IMG/VR virus record: IMGVR_UViG_3300030333_002703
Location: 1 to 64,000 of that record
Source: a virus
Direction: 5' to 3' (one strand)
Length of the DNA: 64,000 nucleotides
Below the pieces are notes generated by a model, which worked only from the letters and a program-made list of their open reading frames with translations, had not been told where the DNA came from and did not search any database. The position numbers and the translations under genes are program-made. Of the stretch, positions 37,012-45,957 are shown one piece after another (the stretch's first letter is position 1; each line of letters starts with the position of its first letter).

Positions 37012-37970
37012 TGGTTGAATCATGTAAAGTTTGTAATGCTGAATCATCACCTGATTCATATTACTGTAGAGTCTGTCGTGAGTCGATGGGAACTGACGAA
37101 TCATCAACATCTACTGATTTTCGTATGAGTTACCCTATGGCTTTTGACTATGCATGGGCGTTGATGAAAAACTTTACACCTATACCTATATCTGATGAAG
37201 AGGCAAAAAAACTCTTGATAGCGCATGGTATTCCTCATGGTGATGGTTCATCAAGAGAACATGGAGAAGATGCACCACCTAATCCATTACGGCATACCTA
37301 TCCTCCTACAAGTGTAATGGCGATTTCTCGTGGTATTCCACAAGAAATTGCACAAAGCCAAGCCATTGGTATAGGGCATCATCCATTGTCGGCCTTGTAT
37401 CGAGATGAAGAGGGTAAGGGAAATCCCATTGAAACGACAGATATTTCTACTGACCCTTTGAAACCCAGCGCCACTACACCTATACCTTGGAACCGCCAAC
37501 GTGAATTAGGGAGGCCAATGTCTTTCACAGATGAGATGTCAGCAGATGCCGCAAATACCATGCATAGAGATATGGCACGAACCAATCCAAACCCGCCAGA
37601 ACAACGGCAACGAAGTCGTCAAGAAGCACCATATTTGTATGACGAACAAGGGCGATATGTTGGCGAAGGTCGTGGTAAAACAGAAAATGTCATTGCGACA
37701 TCCAATGATACTGTCAGCGTAGTTATGCAGATTCTCAAACAAGGAGATTTGAATAAATCGGCTTGGGAAGCGAGGCGAGAAGGACGGCGATACGGACCCT
37801 ATGGCCCTCCGACAGATGAATGGGAGTGTGATGAATGCGGTAAGCGCATCGGATTTACTGAAATCGGTGGTCAAGCCAAAAACGGCCCTCTTTGCATAGG
37901 GTGTGTTCAAAGGTATGTCGAGAACAGAAGAAGGAATAATCCACGTTGGATGTATGAGGAAGGGGCATGA
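37011..37970 (+). CDS. Tagged mosaic protein with N- and C-terminal Zn ribbons
   Basis: CKVC..CRVC; FRMSYPMAFDYAWALMK; CDEC..CIGC. Confidence 0.7.
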   Translation: MVESCKVCNAESSPDSYYCRVCRESMGTDESSTSTDFRMSYPMAFDYAWALMKNFTPIPISDEEAKKLLIAHGIPHGDGSSREHGEDAPPNPLRHTYPPTSVMAISRGIPQEIAQSQAIGIGHHPLSALYRDEEGKGNPIETTDISTDPLKPSATTPIPWNRQRELGRPMSFTDEMSADAANTMHRDMARTNPNPPEQRQRSRQEAPYLYDEQGRYVGEGRGKTENVIATSNDTVSVVMQILKQGDLNKSAWEARREGRRYGPYGPPTDEWECDECGKRIGFTEIGGQAKNGPLCIGCVQRYVENRRRNNPRWMYEEGA

Positions 37971-37975
37971 TTTGA

Positions 37976-39577
37976 ATGCCCACAGTATTTCAACCCGGTG
38001 AACGCGCACCAGAACCTATTGACCCAGATGCAGTCATCTATACGACCGCACAGAAAGTCGGTGAACTACTACAGATTCCACCCGCAGACCCGGTGGATTT
38101 AGCAGGTAACGCATCTGCATCTGATACATCTGTCGATATATCACCCATTGATTTTCGGAATACTGGATTTGAAGTAGGGGATGAAATTGAGATTGAAAGT
38201 GATGCAACATTGGTTGAGACACGTACAATTACTGCCATTACATTGAGTAGTGGCAATGCACGATTGGCATTCACAGGTGGTCTATCGTATGCACATACTA
38301 CTGCCAACAATGCCACCGTGCGTAACAATGCTATATTCACCAATGGCAAACTACGTGGTGTATCTAGAACACACGTTGAGACCTTGATTAAACGTCACCA
38401 AGACCGCATTGACAACATCTGCAATAACTCATGGCGACCTATGTTACAGGTTGCTGAATACAAGATATTTGATACTTACAAGCCATACCGACGCCGATAC
38501 TACACAGACTATGTTGGGACCACACCACTCTTATTCCGTAATGTTCAGCAGATTCTACGATTAGAGGTATGGCAAGGGCAAGATTACAAGGAATTGGCAG
38601 GTGCTGAAGTCCGATTGAAAATCATTGACCATTCAGCATTGGCAAGTGATGGTGTGTATCTGTGTCCGGGTGGTGGCGGTGTATTCACTTTGAACGTGGG
38701 TACAGATAGCGATACATGGAATGCATCGTTTGACAATGCGACAACCGCACAACAACTTGCAGACCTCATCAATAAGGATGGTCGTAGAAACAAAAATGCA
38801 GTCGCGTCATCGACCAATTACACATTGGAAGATTCGTATTCATCTAGTGGTACTGTGCAAGCCAAAGTCCACAATGAGTTCTTGGCATCAGCCAATGCTG
38901 ATTACGGCATCGCACGTGTCAAAATCAGTAGTATGCGTCGAGCGGCAGGTGGCACACAATCTACTATTGCCGCATCAGACCTGACAAACATTGAGTTTAG
39001 TCAACATGGTACTGCTACTACAACATCGACAAGTGTATCTAGCACTACTGTCAATGTCGCTTCTACTGCCGATTTCGTATCGCATGGACTCATTATGGTA
39101 GGTAGTGGCACATCAGTTGAGGTCTTGTCATATACGGGTAAAACCGCGACATCATTTACAGGATGCGCCAACGTCAAAGGAACCCCATTGACGACACTGA
39201 ATACAGGTGGAACGACAGCATTCCAATACCAATTCGCCATTGACTATCAAGGTTCCACCGCAACAGGTGATGAAGCCCGATTGAAGGATTGGTGGTTTGA
39301 CCCTGAAATGGGTGTCATATATTTCAACAATTCATATCCATTCTTTGAGTGGAATGCGGTCAAAGTTACGTATGTGTATGGCGAGCGGTACGTCGAAAAG
39401 GCCATTGAGGACATCGTGACCAAGTTGGTTGCTATGGACTTGATTACGGCTGATGACCGTTCAGTTCTAATTCCCGAAGGAACCACCAACATTGACCTAG
39501 GTTCCAAGTATCAACTATTCAAGCAACAGGTTGCCGAGACCTTGCCACGATATGTGGAGGTTGTTACACTTGACTAG
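37976..39577 (+). CDS. Head-tail adaptor/neck protein with inserted beta domains
   Basis: IYTTAQKV..L, I.RHQDRID, VKVTYVYG..VEKAIEDIVTKLVA connector-like motifs; position. Confidence 0.65.
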   Translation: MPTVFQPGERAPEPIDPDAVIYTTAQKVGELLQIPPADPVDLAGNASASDTSVDISPIDFRNTGFEVGDEIEIESDATLVETRTITAITLSSGNARLAFTGGLSYAHTTANNATVRNNAIFTNGKLRGVSRTHVETLIKRHQDRIDNICNNSWRPMLQVAEYKIFDTYKPYRRRYYTDYVGTTPLLFRNVQQILRLEVWQGQDYKELAGAEVRLKIIDHSALASDGVYLCPGGGGVFTLNVGTDSDTWNASFDNATTAQQLADLINKDGRRNKNAVASSTNYTLEDSYSSSGTVQAKVHNEFLASANADYGIARVKISSMRRAAGGTQSTIAASDLTNIEFSQHGTATTTSTSVSSTTVNVASTADFVSHGLIMVGSGTSVEVLSYTGKTATSFTGCANVKGTPLTTLNTGGTTAFQYQFAIDYQGSTATGDEARLKDWWFDPEMGVIYFNNSYPFFEWNAVKVTYVYGERYVEKAIEDIVTKLVAMDLITADDRSVLIPEGTTNIDLGSKYQLFKQQVAETLPRYVEVVTLD

Positions 39578-40007
39578 TCCAATTGATTTCGCATGGGCTG
39601 TAATGAAAGCACCTATTGATTCTCACGGTTATTCAGATTTACCCCGCGATATGTTCGATGAAAATGTAGGAATAATGTCTAATCAAGAAGAGCAAGATTG
39701 GTATGATTTTATAGCGAAACTGCCTTTTGATATGGACAACGATTTGACTGATGAAGAACAACAAATGATTGTTGGTATTTTCAATAGACTGTATGAAGGT
39801 GATGCTCACATACTACACCCTGATGACGATTTTGATGCAAGGGGCATGATATTCATTGAGGATTATGGGGAAGTGCCAAAAGAAGATTACTATAATGCCG
39901 AATGGTGGTGGAATCATCCACACGGACACATCAATAGCATACGAGATGAGTATGAATCTATTGAAGAACTTCAAGCAGATTTAGACAAGGAACGAGGGGC
40001 GGTTTGA
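39570..40007 (+). CDS. Acidic tagged protein
   Basis: TTG start after GGAGG; TSPIDFAWAVMK|A. Confidence 0.7.
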   Translation: MTSPIDFAWAVMKAPIDSHGYSDLPRDMFDENVGIMSNQEEQDWYDFIAKLPFDMDNDLTDEEQQMIVGIFNRLYEGDAHILHPDDDFDARGMIFIEDYGEVPKEDYYNAEWWWNHPHGHINSIRDEYESIEELQADLDKERGAV

Positions 40008-40390
40008 TGCACCCAATTGACCACGCATGGGCCGTATTGAAAGCCAATGAAGTAGTTATTGATGGTGTCACATACGTGCCACAACAAGAACAGCCGCAAC
40101 AAGAAGAACCTGCACCTACTGGAAGTGATGTACCGTGGGCTGGTCGCACTATTGCGAATCAAGGTGGATGGAAAGATTTTGGTCGCCGTATGATGGCAGG
40201 ATTTAGAACCCGCGATGACCAAGGTAATAGAAGTACTATGATGGATAAATTACGCGGAGCAATGGAGCAACGCCAACAACAATTGTCTGCGCCCAATCCT
40301 GAAGCAGATTCACCATTAGCGACGGAAGAAGAAAAACCTAGGTCTATTATGGATTTAGTGCCAGATGAGGATGACCCCGAGGCATGGTGA
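40004..40390 (+). CDS. Tagged low-complexity protein with SIMDL motif
   Basis: MHPIDHAWAVLK|A; RSIMDLVP. Confidence 0.72.
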   Translation: MMHPIDHAWAVLKANEVVIDGVTYVPQQEQPQQEEPAPTGSDVPWAGRTIANQGGWKDFGRRMMAGFRTRDDQGNRSTMMDKLRGAMEQRQQQLSAPNPEADSPLATEEEKPRSIMDLVPDEDDPEAW

Positions 40391-40702
40391 TTGAATATGA
40401 TGAGTAAAGAAGTATGGAATAATATGCGAAGTAGCATCATTATGCAACGTGACGAAGGATTACTCATTGACGATACACAGCGTGAAAATTTCTACATTCA
40501 AGAATGCATGGCTGAATTAGATTACAGTGGTACTGAATGTCAATATGATGATGGTAATATCATCGACCCAAAAACGAGTAATCCTGTATCTAACGATATT
40601 GCTGATGCCATTCATCGACGTGTTAAACAACGTAGTGGGACCGAAAGCATTTTAGCAGACAAGATGTTGAGACAATTGGATAAGTTGGAGGATTTATCAT
40701 GA
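40391..40702 (+). CDS. Hypothetical protein (head/tail completion region)
   Basis: 103-aa ORF in operon. Confidence 0.65.
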   Translation: MNMMSKEVWNNMRSSIIMQRDEGLLIDDTQRENFYIQECMAELDYSGTECQYDDGNIIDPKTSNPVSNDIADAIHRRVKQRSGTESILADKMLRQLDKLEDLS

Positions 40703-41148
40703 CAGCAACGTGGTTAGAGGCGATTCCATTATTGGAGAATCTATTCGATACAGGTTGGAACCGTGCCAATACGGGCCAACGTAAGCCGGTGATTGCTGAT
40801 ATTACAACAGTGGACCCCGGCCGTGGGAAGCGTTTGGACATCCAGCGACAAGATGCTGTGTTGTTCTATGAGACTGCACACAACGAAGAACAACCTGAAT
40901 TGCTATACGACTTCGTGAACACTCGTATCAATATCACAGTGGACATCAGAACCACTGTAAGTCGTGACCAACTATACAAGATGGAAAACGAGGTACGACG
41001 TATTGTTCATGCCAATCGTAGAGGTGATGCGGTGAACTTTGATAGGATGATTTACAAGACCAGAACTGACCTATCTGACCGTACAAAGAAGTTGTGGCGT
41101 TACACATTTCAGGTAGAAATAGTAACCTTTGCAGAATTGATACCATGA
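40699..41148 (+). CDS. Putative tail terminator/completion protein
   Basis: 149 aa, before tail tube; ITVDIRT..R...EVRRI..; WRYTFQVEI. Confidence 0.6.
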   Translation: MTATWLEAIPLLENLFDTGWNRANTGQRKPVIADITTVDPGRGKRLDIQRQDAVLFYETAHNEEQPELLYDFVNTRINITVDIRTTVSRDQLYKMENEVRRIVHANRRGDAVNFDRMIYKTRTDLSDRTKKLWRYTFQVEIVTFAELIP

Positions 41149-41154
41149 AAACAC

Positions 41155-41164
41155 TGATTAACTG
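41155..41164 (+). promoter_or_regulatory. TGATTAACTG promoter-like element before the tail tube gene
   Basis: Same decamer as at 478 and 915, in a short intergenic gap. Confidence 0.5.
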
Positions 41165-41190
41165 ACGTAGTATCCGAGGTAGTGAAGCAT

Positions 41191-43158
41191 ATGCCATCAA
41201 CAGTGTATAAGGGTGACTTGAGCGAGGTCACATTCGGTCGAGAATCAGGATTATATCTCAAATCAGCAGACAGCGCAGGACACGCATCTGGCTATCCTCA
41301 AACATTCACATGGACTTCTGCGGCAGTCGCAAGTACCAATACTTCCACCATCACATTTGCAGGTGGTATCGCAAATAGTCCAGTACAAAGTACGAAACTA
41401 ATGTATCCAGATGGTATGCTCATTGGTGCAACATTGACATTCCATGCATCAGGTAATTTCGCCAATGATGATTACGCTACAACAGGTCAAATCTATACCA
41501 TTGTGAAACACACAGCGTCGTCTGGTGCTACGGTTTTGACTGTATCGCCACAAATGAATGTTGCGAATAATTCAGCAACAGGTGATGCGATGTACATTCA
41601 TGCATTGGGTACTCCTGCACCGGATGTCACAATGGCTCACAATACTTCTGCAAGCAGTAGCGACGAATCAGTATTGACTGACCAATTCATAGGTCTGGCC
41701 GCAACGGTCACATTACCTGATACAAAAAATGAGATTAAGCGACAACACGTTGTCGGTATTGGTCGTGATGTCGTAGTCCAAGTGGCTGGCAAGCAAGTCA
41801 ACGAGGGTGGTTCTATTGAAGTTATGATGAATAATCCACGTTGGATGTATTACGCATTGGGTGGAACAACCGTTAAGGATACAAGCACAGGTGCAGTTGT
41901 AAGTCCCACATTGGATGGTGCAGTTAGCGCTGGTGATTCACACGTTACTCTATCAGCATTGACAAGTATTGCAGTAGGTGATTATCTGATGATTGAAGAT
42001 ACTACTGCATATCAGATTCCAAGCGATAACCCAGCAACGGCTGGCACAGGTTCCGGTGGCAATACATGGCCGGATAGTACTGCAGCAACCGGATTCAAGT
42101 TCACAGAAACCAATGAAGTGCGTCGTATTGTCGCATTGAATGGGTCCAATTCCAGCAACAGTAAAGTGGTATGGTTGGATGCACCATTAGACTTCGGCCA
42201 TGCAACAGGTAAAACGTGCCGTATTATGCGATATGATACAGCATCATCTAATGGAAGTCCTGATGTGAACAAGGACACCTTAGCCATTACCAATCCATAC
42301 ACACATATGGTCTATAGTTCATGGAATATCCCATCATTCACTTTGGAACACAGTATTCGTAATCGTGATGTTGGAGGATTCCAAACTGAAACAGGCGCAC
42401 TTGAAAACGTACCGGGTACATCGTCTGACGCCAAGACCTTAACACGTGTATTCCGAGGATGCAAAGTGAAGGATTGGTCATTGGGCGCAGATGCAGATGC
42501 CGAAGTCAAATTTACAGTCAATTTCGATGCACTGTCCGTGTACACAGATACTGGAAGATTGGAAGCGAGTGACAAAGGTGACAGATACACCGCACACCGT
42601 ATGTTTGAAAATACAGCAAACAGTGTGGTTAATCGTAAGATTGCAGGTATCGCACCATATACACAAAAACCATACCTATTCTACAACGGGACTATCAAAG
42701 CATTTGGTCAGACCTTGGCGCGTGTAACCAAATTCAATCTAAATGGTAAAAACAATGTTACACAACATTGGACAATCAAAGGAACCGATGCACCATTATA
42801 CAGCACCACTACAACAGGTGAGGCACAAGTTCCATTTGCGGGGTCACGATTCCCAAGTCTAGCCGTTGAAGGTAAAACCGAATACGATTTGGAATTGGAA
42901 ATTATCATTGATGACCCACTTCTATGGCACGAACTACGCAATGCAACCGAGCGAGATTGGACTGCACCTGTTGAATTACAACTCACCAAACAAGGAACAG
43001 GTGCAACCCGCGAACAAATTACCATTACGGTGGAAGATTACATCATGGAAACGGGGCCAATTCCTGTGCCAGAAGATAAAGGTGTGATTCGCACTACCGC
43101 TAAACTACTATGCAAGCACGTCAAGATGGAGACTACTGGAACACTCATAGGATTGTGA
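41191..43158 (+). CDS. Major tail tube protein with inserted domains
   Basis: V.FG.ES N-terminus, GGSIE...WMYYALG, PSFTLE, FRGCKV; upstream of chaperone and tape measure. Confidence 0.75.
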   Translation: MPSTVYKGDLSEVTFGRESGLYLKSADSAGHASGYPQTFTWTSAAVASTNTSTITFAGGIANSPVQSTKLMYPDGMLIGATLTFHASGNFANDDYATTGQIYTIVKHTASSGATVLTVSPQMNVANNSATGDAMYIHALGTPAPDVTMAHNTSASSSDESVLTDQFIGLAATVTLPDTKNEIKRQHVVGIGRDVVVQVAGKQVNEGGSIEVMMNNPRWMYYALGGTTVKDTSTGAVVSPTLDGAVSAGDSHVTLSALTSIAVGDYLMIEDTTAYQIPSDNPATAGTGSGGNTWPDSTAATGFKFTETNEVRRIVALNGSNSSNSKVVWLDAPLDFGHATGKTCRIMRYDTASSNGSPDVNKDTLAITNPYTHMVYSSWNIPSFTLEHSIRNRDVGGFQTETGALENVPGTSSDAKTLTRVFRGCKVKDWSLGADADAEVKFTVNFDALSVYTDTGRLEASDKGDRYTAHRMFENTANSVVNRKIAGIAPYTQKPYLFYNGTIKAFGQTLARVTKFNLNGKNNVTQHWTIKGTDAPLYSTTTTGEAQVPFAGSRFPSLAVEGKTEYDLELEIIIDDPLLWHELRNATERDWTAPVELQLTKQGTGATREQITITVEDYIMETGPIPVPEDKGVIRTTAKLLCKHVKMETTGTLIGL

Positions 43159-43159
43159 T

Positions 43160-43579
43160 ATGATGGCACGACGATTCAGTATGCATCCCGGCGACCCAGA
43201 CCGTGTAATACGACAAGCAGAATTAAAAGCAGAAAGTGTACCACTCAAACCCCTTGTTGAAGAGGTCTTTGACCCCGAGGCATCCAAACCAACGGATGAC
43301 CCATTCCCTGAAGAACTGCAGGATTACAGTTCTATGACCGTTGCAGAACTGAAAGCACTATGCGCCGAGCGTGGTCTTGCAGTATCTGGAACAAAAAACG
43401 AACTCATTGAGCGATTGAATCTCAATGATGCATCCGATTCCACCGAAGCCCCCGCTGAAGAAGCGGCTGTTGAGGAGGAAGTGGTGGCTCCCGCTGAAGA
43501 AGCGGCAACCACCGAAGAAACCGTAGAAGGTGAAGTAAGTGAGTCAGGAGGAGAGAACAGTGGCGAACCCACTGAATAA
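43160..43579 (+). CDS. SAP-domain protein
   Basis: YSSMTVAELKALCAERGLAVSGTKNELIERL; acidic tail. Confidence 0.85.
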   Translation: MMARRFSMHPGDPDRVIRQAELKAESVPLKPLVEEVFDPEASKPTDDPFPEELQDYSSMTVAELKALCAERGLAVSGTKNELIERLNLNDASDSTEAPAEEAAVEEEVVAPAEEAATTEETVEGEVSESGGENSGEPTE

Positions 43580-43955
43580 TAGCAGACAAGGCGAGCAGAT
43601 AATTGCAGATAAATCATCACTACTAGTGAAAAGTGGTGTAACGGAACACATAATTCGTGTGGACCCTAGCAATGAATCCCTCGTAATGAAGGTCAATGTG
43701 CGTGATTTATCGTTCATAGATATGCAGAAAGCGATTAAATCATTCGTTTCTATTGAAATGGATGGCGGTATTGAAATTGACCTTGCTGGATATTGGCGAT
43801 ACATGATGGAAAAGTGCATTGTAAGCACGGAACCATCGCTATCCGTGGTTGAGATGACAGGTCTCAATCAATTTGCAGGACAACAACTAACGTCTGTTCT
43901 GCCACAACCACAGGACCTATTATCAGGCCCTTTGGAGGATGGCAGCAGCGAGTAG
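43539..43955 (+). CDS. Tail assembly chaperone (G-like)
   Basis: Position before tape measure; slippery site near the 3' end; start may be GTG 43560. Confidence 0.7.
   Translation: MSQEERTVANPLNNSRQGEQIIADKSSLLVKSGVTEHIIRVDPSNESLVMKVNVRDLSFIDMQKAIKSFVSIEMDGGIEIDLAGYWRYMMEKCIVSTEPSLSVVEMTGLNQFAGQQLTSVLPQPQDLLSGPLEDGSSE
43928..43934 (+). other. -1 programmed ribosomal frameshift heptamer C-CCT-TTG
   Basis: XXXYYYZ in the correct phase; the -1 frame is open through to 44218. Confidence 0.75.
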
Positions 43956-44218
43956 AAGAAACGTATCATTTGATGCAAAATCCTGCCAACGATAATATCC
44001 CATTCATGTTTGATTCTGCCATCTACTTTGTTGCTAAGCATTATGGGTTAAGCATACCCGAAGTGCGGGCTATGACCGAAGAAGATTTTGCGGATTCATT
44101 TGTATTCGCGGCAGCGTCTGAACGAATTAAGCACGAAGAAATGGAGAAAGCGACCAAAGATGCCAAAAGCGGTACTCAAGTAGGTCCGAACAAGGGGCAA
44201 CCGTTCCCGTTTGAATGA
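43931..44218 (+). CDS. Tail assembly chaperone extension (GT-like), read via -1 frameshift
   Basis: FGGWQQRVEETYHLMQNP.. VAKHYGLSIPEVRAMT. Confidence 0.7.
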   Translation, partial: FGGWQQRVEETYHLMQNPANDNIPFMFDSAIYFVAKHYGLSIPEVRAMTEEDFADSFVFAAASERIKHEEMEKATKDAKSGTQVGPNKGQPFPFE

Positions 44219-44227
44219 GGTGATTGA

Positions 44228-45949
44228 ATGGCAGATACGACCCAACGAGCAACTCAAGATACGGCGGCTCTACAAAGACAGATTCAAGGGCAAGTTGTAT
44301 CTCTCGGTCTTTTAGAAAAGGCACAATTGAAAGTTCACAAAGCAATGGTGAATATGCCCGGTTTGAAAACAATACTGCAAATGAAACAATTTGTTGGAGG
44401 GATTATGGGAGCGCATAAAGCCAATACGCAATTAGCGCAAGGACAGCAAAATGCAAATAAACGAGCAAATACCAATTTGTCTGTCATACAACAATTGTGG
44501 GTATCCATGACAGCATATGGGGCAGCGACAAGGGTAGCAACTAAAGGAACTTCTGGATTAGGCAAAGCCATGTTTTCATTGGTTGGTAGCATGATGTTTA
44601 TTTTTGGTATTTTTTTATTGCTGGTATTAGGTCTAGGATTAGTTGCAGTTGCCTTTGCTGATGCTAATAGCCCGATGGTACAGATGATGGAAAATACGCC
44701 GGTATTATCAAATGTTTTGAGTGGATTACAAATTGTCTTAACAGGTGAAGATGGTGCAAGTGGAGCCGCTGGTGCATTCGATGTATTCGTAGTGGCCGCT
44801 ATCGCAGCAGCAGCATCACTCGCATTATTTGGTGCGCCTATTGCTATATTGGTAGGAACTTTAGTCGCAACTGTTGGCATTTTCAAATGGTTCAAAAAAG
44901 AAACAGGAAGTACATTTGGTGCAATTGCGGCAGGTACGGCAGTTGCAGCAGCAGGTTTGTATGCATTCGGCGCATTTATTGGTGGATGGGTAGGAACGAT
45001 ATTGACAACAGTAATGGGACCAATTGCCCTTATTGCTGGTGGTATCGCAGGTCTGGTAGCCGTGGCTTCAGGCGCAATGAGTGACGCAAAAGCAATTCTT
45101 GTGGGCATTGTCAGTGCTGTGTTACTGGCAGTAGGATTGATTGTTGCGGGTGTTGCTATTGTTCCTGCTGCAATCATCGCCGCAGTTGCGTTGGTTCTCG
45201 CCATCATTTGGCGATTCCGTGACCAAATTATTGAAGGCATTACATGGTTCCTTGGATGGCTATGGGCTGGTGTCGAAACTGTTGGTACTATTTTATGGAC
45301 TATTGGTGAAGTGATTGTTTCTGCAGTAGTGTTCATTGTCACACTACCGTTCAAACTCATTTGGGGATTGTTGAAATTCTTATTCAGCATACCCGGTATG
45401 TTGTTCAATCTAGGTAAGAAGATTGGTGAAGCCACCGTGAAGCCATTCTTAGACCTTGTAGCGGCAGTCAAATCTATTGGTGCTGGCCTGAAAGATAAAT
45501 TTATGTCTGGTGTTAATTGGTTCTTGAATTTACCCAATACGATTATCGCTGGTGTCAAAGCAGGGATGGCGGCATTTGATAGTGCATTCCGTGGTTTTTG
45601 GAATCAATATATTTCACAAACATGGACAGTTCCGAGATTCATTATGAAACTCACAGGTTTGCCTCGCAAACTCAATTTCCCACCAGAGATGGCAGATGGT
45701 GGTATTGTATCAGGTCCGAAAAGTGGATACCCTGCTACATTACACGGTACTGAAGCCGTAGTCCCATTACCTGATGGGCGCTCTATCCCTGTTACTATGA
45801 AAGGTGGTACTGGTGGCGGAGGTCACACATTCAATATCCATGTGGATGCGTCTGGCATTGCCATTCTATCACATCAACAAAAGATGTCATTCGCCAAAGA
45901 AATTGGCAATCTCATCAAAGATGAAATCAATAAAAGCAGTCCATTCTAG
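44228..45949 (+). CDS. Tail tape measure protein
   Basis: Ala/Gly-rich with long hydrophobic helices, Trp/Phe-periodic repeats, MADGGIV.GP..G...LHGTEAVVPL motif. Confidence 0.82.
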   Translation: MADTTQRATQDTAALQRQIQGQVVSLGLLEKAQLKVHKAMVNMPGLKTILQMKQFVGGIMGAHKANTQLAQGQQNANKRANTNLSVIQQLWVSMTAYGAATRVATKGTSGLGKAMFSLVGSMMFIFGIFLLLVLGLGLVAVAFADANSPMVQMMENTPVLSNVLSGLQIVLTGEDGASGAAGAFDVFVVAAIAAAASLALFGAPIAILVGTLVATVGIFKWFKKETGSTFGAIAAGTAVAAAGLYAFGAFIGGWVGTILTTVMGPIALIAGGIAGLVAVASGAMSDAKAILVGIVSAVLLAVGLIVAGVAIVPAAIIAAVALVLAIIWRFRDQIIEGITWFLGWLWAGVETVGTILWTIGEVIVSAVVFIVTLPFKLIWGLLKFLFSIPGMLFNLGKKIGEATVKPFLDLVAAVKSIGAGLKDKFMSGVNWFLNLPNTIIAGVKAGMAAFDSAFRGFWNQYISQTWTVPRFIMKLTGLPRKLNFPPEMADGGIVSGPKSGYPATLHGTEAVVPLPDGRSIPVTMKGGTGGGGHTFNIHVDASGIAILSHQQKMSFAKEIGNLIKDEINKSSPF

Positions 45950-45957
45950 GTGATATT

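Noticed and set aside
44335-45558. 407-aa minus-strand ORF
   Set aside because: Antisense shadow of the tape measure gene caused by codon bias
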